Shown here: positions 1 through 6,264 of the stretch, in pieces
How the letters are laid out: every line of letters begins with the position of its first letter
Numbering within the stretch: position 1 is the stretch's first letter
Origin: a virus
IMG/VR virus record: IMGVR_UViG_3300009668_000001
DNA length: 7,308 nucleotides
Reading direction: 5' to 3' (one strand)
The notes under the pieces: model-generated
The model's database searches: none
What the model was told of the DNA's origin: nothing
What the model saw: only the letters and a program-made list of their open reading frames with translations
Translations under genes and position numbers: made by a program

Positions 1-123
1 CAATTATACGTACCCGCACGGCATAGAAAAAAGCCGCGCTAGCGGCGATCAGACCACCAAGCAGCCCTGGCCCGGTGTCGTAATTCCCGGAAGAAAACCA
101 CGCCAGCGTGCTCGCTATCAGGG
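1..123. repeat. Terminal redundancy, copy 1 (identical to 7186..7308)
   Basis: Base-by-base comparison shows the 123 nt from caattatacgtacccgcacgg to ctcgctatcaggg are identical at both window ends. Confidence 0.97.
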
Positions 124-394
124 CCAGCATAACGGCACGCGACACAAAAGACCGCCAGAACTCGGCCCGCTTGGGGTTCCTTTCCTTCTGGCTTTCCAGG
201 TCGGCAAATACCATCGCAGGGTCTTGATTTAGCGTTATTGCCAGTTTGAAGGCAGCCTCTGCGCTGATATGTTGCTGTCCTAGTCTGTAGGCGCTGATTC
301 TTTGTCGGGTGGTCCCGAGTCTCTGCGCCAGTTCGTTATCCGATGTGATGCCAATCACGGCTTTTGCTGCGTCTAGGTATTCGCTCGGCGTCAT
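1..394 (-). CDS. Xre/cI-type HTH repressor with two predicted C-terminal TM helices (first 131 codons; the ORF continues across the circular junction into 7185..7121)
   Basis: ATG is the reverse complement of 392..394, preceded by GGAAGGA. My translation is MTPSEYLDAAKAVIGITSDNELAQRLGTTRQRISAYRLGQQHISAEAAFKLAITLNQDPAMVFADLESQKERNPKRAEFWRSFVSRAVMLALIASTLAWFSSGNYDTGPGLLGGLIAASAAFFYAVRVRII... The segment NELAQRLGTTRQRISAYRLG is a typical Xre helix-turn-helix. AVMLALIASTLAWF and LLGGLIAASAAFFYAV are hydrophobic helices. The ORF is missing from the supplied track because it runs off the window edge. Confidence 0.75.
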   Translation of the reverse strand, partial: MTPSEYLDAAKAVIGITSDNELAQRLGTTRQRISAYRLGQQHISAEAAFKLAITLNQDPAMVFADLESQKERNPKRAEFWRSFVSRAVMLALIASTLAWFSSGNYDTGPGLLGGLIAASAAFFYAVRVRII

Positions 395-529
395 GGTTTC
401 CTTCCCCTACTGATTTACTGCGTCAATCCATCCTAGTCCGATTTCTTGGGCTTGCAATGTCCAAGAATTAGGACAAGAATTCGCCTTGTCCGAATTTTGG
501 GACGTCACCTACAGCGAGGAGTCAAGGTC
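395..529. promoter_or_regulatory. Divergent control region between the repressor (-) and the structural/replication operon (+)
   Basis: This is a 135-nt gap between divergent start codons. The palindromic hexamer TTGCAA (452..457) could serve as a -35 on both strands. On the plus strand it is followed by a 17-nt spacer and AAGAAT (475..480). On the minus strand it is followed by a 16-nt spacer and TAGGAT (reverse complement of 430..435). CAAGAATT occurs twice (462..469 and 474..481). Confidence 0.45.
471..491. promoter_or_regulatory. Candidate operator palindrome GGACAAG-N7-CTTGTCC
   Basis: Perfect 7-bp inverted arms (471..477 and 485..491) are centred on GAATTC. The left arm overlaps the putative plus-strand -10 element. 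Confidence 0.4.
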
Positions 530-838
530 ATGCGAGTTACGGTCATCGGGGTTAAGAGAATGTCAGGGGTTGGCAAGGATTCGGGGCGCACGTTTGACTT
601 TGCGCAAGTCGAGGTTATGCGGCCGATGGAACAGTCTGCATCGCCAAAATTCAAGCTTCACGGGTTCGGCTTCGAAACCAGCAAGATCGACCTGGCGCCG
701 GATGTGCTGGAAAAGTTCAGGGAAGTCCGTTTTCCGGCCGTTCTCGATCTGGCTATTGAGACGGTCCCGGCCCGGCAGGGTCTGCGGTCCGTCGTTGTGG
801 GGTTCCGGCCAGCGGCCGACGTCAAAGCGGCGGCGTAG
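530..838 (+). CDS. Candidate ssDNA-binding protein (gene V-like), 102 aa
   Basis: ATG at 530 has GAGGAG (516..521) 8 nt upstream. The protein is small and looks beta-rich. Its N-terminal pattern MRVTVIGVKRMSGVGKDSGRTFDFAQVEV resembles the start of inovirus ssDNA-binding proteins such as Pf3 (recalled from memory). It is the first gene of the operon, next to rep. The function is inferred, not demonstrated. Confidence 0.55.
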   Translation: MRVTVIGVKRMSGVGKDSGRTFDFAQVEVMRPMEQSASPKFKLHGFGFETSKIDLAPDVLEKFREVRFPAVLDLAIETVPARQGLRSVVVGFRPAADVKAAA

Positions 839-840
839 TC

Positions 841-1185
841 ATGGCTACCGCTGTTGAGCGGTCTTGTCTGACTTGCAGGCACGCGCGCAAGGTGTCTCCG
901 GTCGTTGCCGGCCTGTCGCGTTGTCTGCTGTCTGATCTTGTCGGCCCGGTGTCGTCCATCTGTGGTTCGTTCGCTCCGTTGTCCGGTCGTCCGGTGGATC
1001 AGGTGATCGGGTTGTCTGTTGACGGTCGTCCGGTCCTGTTCGGGCAAGAGGTTTCTGCCGTTGCCTTTGATGCGTCGCTGTCCGATCTGCGGCAAGGCCC
1101 TGGCGGCCTGGGCGGTGGGTTGGAAAACGGTACGGTACAGTTACACGTACCGAAGCGGCCAAAAGTGGCCGATTTCGCCGCATGA
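841..1185 (+). CDS. Hypothetical protein, 114 aa
   Basis: It starts 2 nt after the preceding stop, and its TGA overlaps the rep ATG (ATGA at 1182..1185). The composition is unusual: rich in V/G/S/L/P/R/C and encoded by an A-depleted tract. I recognise no family. Confidence 0.5.
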   Translation: MATAVERSCLTCRHARKVSPVVAGLSRCLLSDLVGPVSSICGSFAPLSGRPVDQVIGLSVDGRPVLFGQEVSAVAFDASLSDLRQGPGGLGGGLENGTVQLHVPKRPKVADFAA

Positions 1186-2321
1186 AAACCTCAAGCCTGC
1201 CTTTTTCGTCTGTCTCGCCTGGGGTGGATTTGGCCTGCCCGGTCGGCCTGGATTGCTTCTGCGATTGGCTGACGGCGTATCAGGATCACGCGGAAGGCGG
1301 GCTTCCGGTGCTCAATGATGGCTATGCGGTCCGGTTCGGCCCGGAAGCCCTCAAGCGGGCCATTTGTCAGGATACCGGCGAACTGCGGACGTTCTTCGAT
1401 GCGTCGGAAGCCGAGTACACGGTGAGCCGGCGTATTGAGCACGAGGGGTCTTTCGATACTCGCCTCGCTATCCGGTGCGATGGCACGCGAGTCGAGCTAT
1501 CCGGCAATGTCGGGCGATTCGGACGGCCTGATAACCTCTTCGGCCTGTCGGTGCTGGATACCCTTCTGCGGGCCAACGAGATATTGCAGGCCCTGGGGTT
1601 GCCGGCGTTCTCGCATCTTGAGCGCAACGCGGGTCATGCACGCGATGACGGGTTCCACAAGTCGCACAACGTGGTGATTACCCGCGTCGATCTGACCGCC
1701 AATTTCGCAACGGGGAGCCGTGAGGCTGCGTTTCGGGTGCTGCACTGGATGAGCGGACAGGGCACCAGCCGCAACGCGGGCAAGAATCCCCGGAACTACG
1801 GAAACGGGGTTACGTGGAACGAGGGAAGTGCACGACATTACGAAAAGCTCTATTTCAAGGGTGATGAGCTAGGGCGGCATGTTTCGCCGGAAGTTGCGCA
1901 GTACTGCATAGACAACGGCATCCTGCGTTATGAGGTCAGTCTCAAGTCGAGGGAACTGGCGGATAGAAATCTACAGTCAATGGTCGCGTGGTCACGTGTG
2001 AATCAGGAGGGTTTGAGAATGGAACAGGTCATCTACGGGCGATTCGCCGAAGTACTCACGCGGAATCAGGTCACTGTTACGGAGATACAGGACATTCCCG
2101 GAAAGCTCGGCCTGATCGCTCGGTCGTATCTCAACGGGGAGAACCCCTACGAAACCGGATCGCCGGCCGTGCGCACGCGTCGACGGTGGCGTTCGCAACT
2201 GCTCAAGTACGGCCTGGATATTGCGCAGCCCTGCGACGTGATGCGCTTGACTACTCGGGTCCGGGTGATCGAGCTAGAGCCGGTCAGTGCTCCGGCGTGG
2301 TATTCCCGGATGGCTGCGTAA
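1182..2321 (+). CDS. Rolling-circle replication initiator, phage/plasmid gene II/X (CRI/RstA-like) family, 379 aa
   Basis: Three motifs read from the translation are characteristic of this Rep family: SGNVGRFGRPDNLFG (compare the GN..K...GHN.FG block), VITRVDLTANF, and HYEKLYFKGDEL followed by LRYEVSLKSRE (candidate catalytic Tyr region). Size and position also fit the RstA or gpII analog. Confidence 0.85.
   Translation: MKTSSLPFSSVSPGVDLACPVGLDCFCDWLTAYQDHAEGGLPVLNDGYAVRFGPEALKRAICQDTGELRTFFDASEAEYTVSRRIEHEGSFDTRLAIRCDGTRVELSGNVGRFGRPDNLFGLSVLDTLLRANEILQALGLPAFSHLERNAGHARDDGFHKSHNVVITRVDLTANFATGSREAAFRVLHWMSGQGTSRNAGKNPRNYGNGVTWNEGSARHYEKLYFKGDELGRHVSPEVAQYCIDNGILRYEVSLKSRELADRNLQSMVAWSRVNQEGLRMEQVIYGRFAEVLTRNQVTVTEIQDIPGKLGLIARSYLNGENPYETGSPAVRTRRRWRSQLLKYGLDIAQPCDVMRLTTRVRVIELEPVSAPAWYSRMAA
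2019..2321 (+). CDS. Candidate nested gene X-like product (in-frame internal start in rep, 100 aa)
   Basis: AGGAGG (2005..2010) lies 8 nt upstream of ATG 2019, which is in frame with rep since (2019-1182)/3 = 279. In Ff phages, pX is made in exactly this way from the C-terminal part of gene II. Confidence 0.4.
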   Translation: MEQVIYGRFAEVLTRNQVTVTEIQDIPGKLGLIARSYLNGENPYETGSPAVRTRRRWRSQLLKYGLDIAQPCDVMRLTTRVRVIELEPVSAPAWYSRMAA

Positions 2322-2644
2322 TGGCTTCCTTCGCCTTCTCCGGCGTCTGTTACGAAACGCCAGAAACGGCCCTTGCGGCGTTTTCCCGGTCGCTGCCGAT
2401 AGTGGATGCGGTCGGCGTCACAACGCTGTCGTCTGCGCCTTCTGTGAGTCCTGGCGGGGTCATTACGTGGTCCGTTTCCAACGTGCCGTTTTCAACGGGC
2501 GTTGCCGTTACGAGGTCCGGGACCACACAGTTGTCGACCTGTTCGGTTCCTCTTCTCGATCAGTTTCCAGTCCAGTCCATCCTCTTCGTTGCGGCCGTGT
2601 TCTTTGCGGCCGTGTCGGGTTTTCGTGCGGGGTTCCGGCCATGA
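2321..2644 (+). CDS. Hypothetical protein with C-terminal TM anchor, 107 aa
   Basis: TAATG overlap with the rep stop (2319..2323). The C-terminus is hydrophobic (SILFVAAVFFAAVSGF). The upstream extension of the same frame from 1988 lies inside rep and was not used. Confidence 0.6.
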   Translation: MASFAFSGVCYETPETALAAFSRSLPIVDAVGVTTLSSAPSVSPGGVITWSVSNVPFSTGVAVTRSGTTQLSTCSVPLLDQFPVQSILFVAAVFFAAVSGFRAGFRP

Positions 2645-2757
2645 CTGGCGCCGAAGTTGTCGAGTTCATTGCATACCTGGTATCGGCCTGGTCATCGGGC
2701 TTTGCCGGGGGCTACATCATCACGAAGTACAAAGACGCCATGAGCCAGTGCGGGTAG
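2641..2757 (+). CDS. Small hydrophobic protein, 38 aa (pVII/pIX-like minor coat candidate)
   Basis: ATGA overlap with the upstream gene (2641..2644). The sequence is MTGAEVVEFIAYLVSAWSSGFAGGYIITKYKDAMSQCG, with one hydrophobic helix. It sits immediately before the major coat gene, as gVII/gIX do in Ff. Confidence 0.5.
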   Translation: MTGAEVVEFIAYLVSAWSSGFAGGYIITKYKDAMSQCG

Positions 2758-2763
2758 GTCCAG

Positions 2764-2795
2764 CGGGCGCCCTCTGCGTGAGCGGGGGGCGCCCG
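2764..2795 (+). other. GC-rich stem-loop upstream of the major coat gene
   Basis: cgggcgccc (2764..2772) pairs perfectly with gggcgcccg (2787..2795), giving a 9-bp stem and a 14-nt loop. No T-run follows, so it is not a classic intrinsic terminator. Confidence 0.4.
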
Positions 2796-2837
2796 GTGGG
2801 CGTTCCACCTCTAACCTTTGTCTTGAAAGGACAAGTC

Positions 2838-3071
2838 ATGAACCTCAACATCAAGCCGCGTTTCGGCCGCAAGGCATCTCTGGCCCTCGTTCTGGCCGTC
2901 TCGGCCGCTGCTGCACAAGCTGCGCTCCCGACGGAAGCTGCGGCCGCGTTCACCGGCATCTCCGACAACGTCACGGATATCCTGGCCGTGGTCTGGCCGA
3001 TCGTCGCCACCATGACGGGCGGCTTCGTGCTCATCAAGCTGTTCAAAAAGGGCGCCAACAAAGCGACCTAA
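2838..3071 (+). CDS. Major coat protein precursor (pVIII-like), 77 aa
   Basis: AAGGA lies upstream of the ATG. The signal peptide MNLNIKPRFGRKASLALVLAVSAAAAQA ends in AXA. The predicted 49-aa mature protein has an acidic N-terminus (E,D,D), a hydrophobic core (ILAVVWPIVATMTGGFVLI) and a basic C-terminus (KLFKKGANKAT). This is the classic inovirus coat architecture. Confidence 0.88.
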   Translation: MNLNIKPRFGRKASLALVLAVSAAAAQAALPTEAAAAFTGISDNVTDILAVVWPIVATMTGGFVLIKLFKKGANKAT

Positions 3072-3080
3072 GCAGTATCC

Positions 3081-3359
3081 ATGTCATCGGGTCTTGTCGT
3101 TGCGGCGGTCGTTTCGGCCGTCGCCATTGCCGGCACGAGGGTTCCGCCAGTTGGCTGTGCGGAGTCTTCCTCTGGGGCGCGCCTTTGTCTCTCGGATAAA
3201 CCGATCAGGGATACAAGGGAGCGGCAATACCTCGATGCTCATCCGGCCACTGTCGCACGGCCCGCACGGCCTTTCTATCCGGTCGGTCAGGTAGTCGATA
3301 ACCTTGATGCCGATTCGTTGATCCTGGGCCGATACGGCCAGCAGAGGGCCTACAAATGA
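3081..3359 (+). CDS. Hypothetical protein with N-terminal hydrophobic segment, 92 aa
   Basis: MSSGLVVAAVVSAVAIAG is a signal- or TM-like start. The stop overlaps the pIII-like start (ATGA at 3356..3359). There is no clear SD sequence and I recognise no family. Confidence 0.5.
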   Translation: MSSGLVVAAVVSAVAIAGTRVPPVGCAESSSGARLCLSDKPIRDTRERQYLDAHPATVARPARPFYPVGQVVDNLDADSLILGRYGQQRAYK

Positions 3360-4918
3360 GCGGTGATTTTCAGGCGTCAATGCGGCGCCTGTTGTGGTTC
3401 CTGATCGGTATCCTGATAGCGGCCGTCTGGCTGGTTCCGTCGGCGCGTGCTGAAACATGCTCGGCGGGTGTCTGCACTCAACCGGCAACCGTCGGGAGTA
3501 CGGTTCCCGCTTATCACTACTGGAAATCGGTAGCCAACATCGGACCTGAATACGCTGCGGCGGCCGCGTTGGATTACGCTCGGCTGTGCGGAACGAGGGC
3601 GCCTTCTGGCACTCTGGCTGCGGAGCCGACAAATCCAGCTAACGGTGCGTATTACACAACGGGTCAGTATTGCGTTATCGGCGGTGGCATTTACAACGCT
3701 TCCGTCTCGCATTGGGCGACGTGTAATACCACTCTCGGCGGTCCTGGCGGCACGATGTCAGGCGGCGCGGGTTCATACGTCTGTACCCTTCCAGGCTACT
3801 ACTGTCCGTCAACGGGCGGCTGGACGTTATCCGGCACCAACTGTACCCGGCCGGCCTGTGCGGAAGGCGAAACGAGACAACCTGACGGCACGTGCTTGAA
3901 ACCGTGCAAAATTGCCGAAAACGATCAGGTAGACCCTGGCGGCTACTATGAGGACACCGGGCACGGTGCAGAGGTCACGGACTGCGTTCAGGGTTGCCGG
4001 GTGTATATCGGTGGCAAAATTTTCAAGGAAGCCGGAAAAACCTACGGACAGGCATGGTCCTACGGCACTCCGTGCACAGGTTCCACTACTCCAGGAGTCG
4101 AGACTACCGAGCAAGACGAGGCGTGCGCCAAGCGGGGACTTTGCGGCGGCACGTTCAACGGTAAGCAGGTGTGTACGGCCTGCGACGAAACCAGCCAAAC
4201 CACGAAAACCACGAAAACCGAAACGCCAGAGGGCGGCGGCACGCCTGTTACCACCACCACCACCACCACCGAAATATGCAAGGAGTCCGGCAGTTGTACC
4301 ACCACCACCACCACAAGCTCATCATCGGGCGCGAGTAGTACCACCACCACCACAAAGCCGGGTGGAACAGCCAGTGGTGAGGGAATTACCCCAGGCGCAA
4401 CCGGAAATTGTGATACGGACGCCAGTGCTATCGAGTGCGCCAATTCAGCATACGAGGCTGCGCTCTGTTCAGCGGAGCCGGTCTGTTCAGGTGATGCCGT
4501 GCAATGCGCTCAGGCTCTCGAGGTCTGGAAAACCCGGTGCGAAGTCCTCAAGGCGCTAACGCCTGATGTTGCCGACGATGCCCCGATCAGCGGAGCCGAT
4601 GCAACGAAAGCCTCTCGCACGGCGTACCAGGAACAGATGGATACCATCAAAGATCAGATCACGGGTGCATTGCCTGATCCGTCTGCCGATTCCAAGTCTG
4701 CCTGGGAATCTGCCCTATCTACTGGCTGGTTCGATGCGATTACGATCACCGGCTGTACTGCTCAGGATTACGCCATCGGTCCCTACATCTGGCACTTTGA
4801 TCCATGTCCAACGGCCGAAAAAATCAGCGACATCGGCAGCTATGCGCTCTGGCTGTCTCTGGTTATCGGGGGCTTTGTTTTCGTAACTGGCGGACGTAAC
4901 GCGGGGATGAGTCACTAA
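3356..4918 (+). CDS. Minor coat / host-adsorption protein (pIII-like), 520 aa
   Basis: The signal peptide ends ...VPSARA, followed by ETC. Cys-rich N-terminal domains are joined by Thr/Ser-rich linkers (TTTTTTT, TTTTTTSSSSGASSTTTTT). The C-terminal hydrophobic anchor is YALWLSLVIGGFVFV. It is the largest ORF and lies between the coat gene and the pVI-like gene. An alternative start is M9 at 3380. Confidence 0.8.
   Translation: MSGDFQASMRRLLWFLIGILIAAVWLVPSARAETCSAGVCTQPATVGSTVPAYHYWKSVANIGPEYAAAAALDYARLCGTRAPSGTLAAEPTNPANGAYYTTGQYCVIGGGIYNASVSHWATCNTTLGGPGGTMSGGAGSYVCTLPGYYCPSTGGWTLSGTNCTRPACAEGETRQPDGTCLKPCKIAENDQVDPGGYYEDTGHGAEVTDCVQGCRVYIGGKIFKEAGKTYGQAWSYGTPCTGSTTPGVETTEQDEACAKRGLCGGTFNGKQVCTACDETSQTTKTTKTETPEGGGTPVTTTTTTTEICKESGSCTTTTTTSSSSGASSTTTTTKPGGTASGEGITPGATGNCDTDASAIECANSAYEAALCSAEPVCSGDAVQCAQALEVWKTRCEVLKALTPDVADDAPISGADATKASRTAYQEQMDTIKDQITGALPDPSADSKSAWESALSTGWFDAITITGCTAQDYAIGPYIWHFDPCPTAEKISDIGSYALWLSLVIGGFVFVTGGRNAGMSH
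4199..4354 (+). repeat. In-frame ACC (Thr) microsatellites and a 9-nt tandem repeat within the pIII-like linker
   Basis: accacgaaa x2 starts at 4199. (ACC)7 is at 4250..4270. (ACC)5+ACA is at 4298..4315. (ACC)4+ACA is at 4340..4354. All are in the pIII reading frame. Confidence 0.9.
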
Positions 4919-5289
4919 TGCCATTGCCAATTGTCGGCGGTCTTTTCGCCTGGATTCTGGGCCTTGTCGGAAGCACGGCTACGGCTGTGTTTACCTGGGT
5001 AGTCGCACGGCAAACTTTCACCATTGCCCTGCATTACGCACGCGTGACGGCCTTTGTGATGACAGCGGGCGCGTTGTTCCTGGGCGTGTCTCTGAGCATC
5101 AAGGCGGCGATCTTTGCGGCGCGAGTGGCGATGCCGAGTTCGCTCGGTATGGCGACCTATTTCCTACCCGGCAACATCAATACGGTCCTGGCGATATTCG
5201 TTGTGGTGCGCGTGTCTGCGGCCGTCTATGCCTGGACCTTGCGCAACATCAAAATTTATACCGGGATCGAATCCGGCAAGCTGATGTAA
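4918..5289 (+). CDS. Multi-pass small membrane protein (pVI-like minor coat; the family usually found just upstream of zot), 123 aa
   Basis: TAATG overlaps at both ends (4916..4920 and 5287..5291). There are about three hydrophobic helices. It occupies the gVI/ace position between the pIII-like gene and the Zot-like gene. Confidence 0.7.
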   Translation: MPLPIVGGLFAWILGLVGSTATAVFTWVVARQTFTIALHYARVTAFVMTAGALFLGVSLSIKAAIFAARVAMPSSLGMATYFLPGNINTVLAIFVVVRVSAAVYAWTLRNIKIYTGIESGKLM

Positions 5290-6194
5290 TGGCTGATTAC
5301 GCCATAACCGGGCGCAAGGGTTCCGGCAAAACGCTATTCGCTGTCGGGGTCATCCGGGATGCCCTTCGGGCGGGTCGTCGCGTTGCCACCAACGTCGACA
5401 TTCGCCTGGATGCCCTGCTCGGCCCTCGATCAAAAGCTATTCTCACTCGGTTACCAGACAAGCCAACGGCCGCCGATTTTGAGGCTATCGGACGGGGTCA
5501 GGCCGGCCCGGTCGAGGACGATAACGGGGTCATCGTCCTGGATGAGACGTCCACATTTTTCAACAGCCGCGCCTTTGGCGACAAGGACCGCCAGCCGCTG
5601 CTGGATTGGCTGGTGCATAGCCGCAAGCTCGGGTGGGACGTCTACTACATCTGTCAGGGTCTGGACCAGATAGACAAGCAGCTGCGTACCACCATGATCG
5701 AGTATCACATCATCGTTCGGCGCACGGACAAGTGGCCTATTCCTCTCGTAACACCGATCACGGCCGCACTCGGTTACCGGGTAGGTTTTCCGAAGTGCCA
5801 CATAGGCGTTTGCCGTCATGGTGTCGAGCGCGATGCCCTGATCGTCAAGCGCACGTTCTACCGGGCCAAAGACCTATTCAATGCCTACGACACTCAACAG
5901 CTATTTCTACCTCGCGACCATCCGGCCGCGTGCGGTGTCCATACCCTGCTGTCTGCTCATCTTGTTGCCGGCCGATATCTACCTGAGCCGCGGCCGTGGT
6001 GGTTGCGGTTTGCCTGGGGTCTGTTCGGCCGCGAAGCGCCACAAGTCGAGCCGCCTCGAACACTCAAGCCGAAATTGCCCTGCATTGCCGATCTGGCTAC
6101 CCTACCGCCAGAGCAAGCCATGCAGGAGTGGCGACGCTTGGATGCCCTGGGCGTGCTCGACAATCTCTACTCACGCACCGAACATCCTGGCTAA
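5289..6194 (+). CDS. zot: Zot / gene I-type phage assembly NTPase, 301 aa
   Basis: N-terminal Walker A GRKGSGKT (residues 8-15) and Walker B-like VIVLDE (81-86). The segment HTLLSAHLVAGRYLPEP resembles the SYLTPYLSHGRYF segment that precedes the TM helix of Ff pI (recalled from memory). The position after the pVI-like gene is canonical. Confidence 0.85.
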   Translation: MADYAITGRKGSGKTLFAVGVIRDALRAGRRVATNVDIRLDALLGPRSKAILTRLPDKPTAADFEAIGRGQAGPVEDDNGVIVLDETSTFFNSRAFGDKDRQPLLDWLVHSRKLGWDVYYICQGLDQIDKQLRTTMIEYHIIVRRTDKWPIPLVTPITAALGYRVGFPKCHIGVCRHGVERDALIVKRTFYRAKDLFNAYDTQQLFLPRDHPAACGVHTLLSAHLVAGRYLPEPRPWWLRFAWGLFGREAPQVEPPRTLKPKLPCIADLATLPPEQAMQEWRRLDALGVLDNLYSRTEHPG

Positions 6195-6210
6195 CAGTAT
6201 CAAATAATGA

Positions 6211-6236
6211 TTGACAAGCTCAAATTGTGATATAAT
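6211..6236 (+). promoter_or_regulatory. Sigma70-type promoter for the downstream regulator gene
   Basis: TTGACA (6211..6216) and TGaTATAAT (extended -10, 6228..6236) lie in a sharply AT-rich island. The spacer between these two hexamers is only 14 nt, so the extended -10 is probably the main determinant. AAGGAG (6253..6258) lies 6 nt before ATG 6265. Confidence 0.6.
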
Positions 6237-6264
6237 AGAATCTCAATAACACAAGGAGCCAGTC

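Noticed and set aside
446-529. Upstream TTG start (446) for the first operon gene, and the overlapping ORF 486..857
   Set aside because: ATG 530 has a GAGGAG SD at ideal spacing. The 446 extension would run through the operator and promoter region. ORF 486..857 is an out-of-frame overlap with no SD.
1988-2320. Long version (218 aa) of the ORF ending at 2644, starting at 1988 inside rep
   Set aside because: The upstream part is out of frame within rep. ATG 2321 forms a TAATG junction with the rep stop, like the other coupled junctions in the operon.
2829-2835. Extra copies of the operator half-site GGACAAG (2829..2835 and 5717..5723)
   Set aside because: Roughly one such 7-mer per genome is expected by chance on both strands. 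Neither copy is paired with a correctly oriented second half-site.
3948-4559. Alternative-frame plus ORF with poly-Pro runs inside the pIII-like gene
   Set aside because: The poly-Pro runs are simply the ACC microsatellites read as CCA. The pIII frame has a signal peptide, linkers and an anchor, and is clearly the real one.
658-5819. Minus-strand ORFs nested antisense in plus-strand genes (658..1095, 845..1183, 1191..1442, 1367..1627, 1497..1838, 3084..3632, 3377..3712, 3827..4198, 4060..4443, 5451..5819)
   Set aside because: They lie fully antisense to well-supported phage genes. Their compositions are Arg/Thr/Pro-rich or poly-Val (mirror images of the ACC repeats). They also lack start-site context.
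6211-6236. Reading TTGACA and TATAAT as a perfect consensus promoter
   Set aside because: The spacer between the two hexamers is only 14 nt, not 16-18. I keep the call as an extended -10 promoter with an uncertain -35 rather than a textbook consensus.
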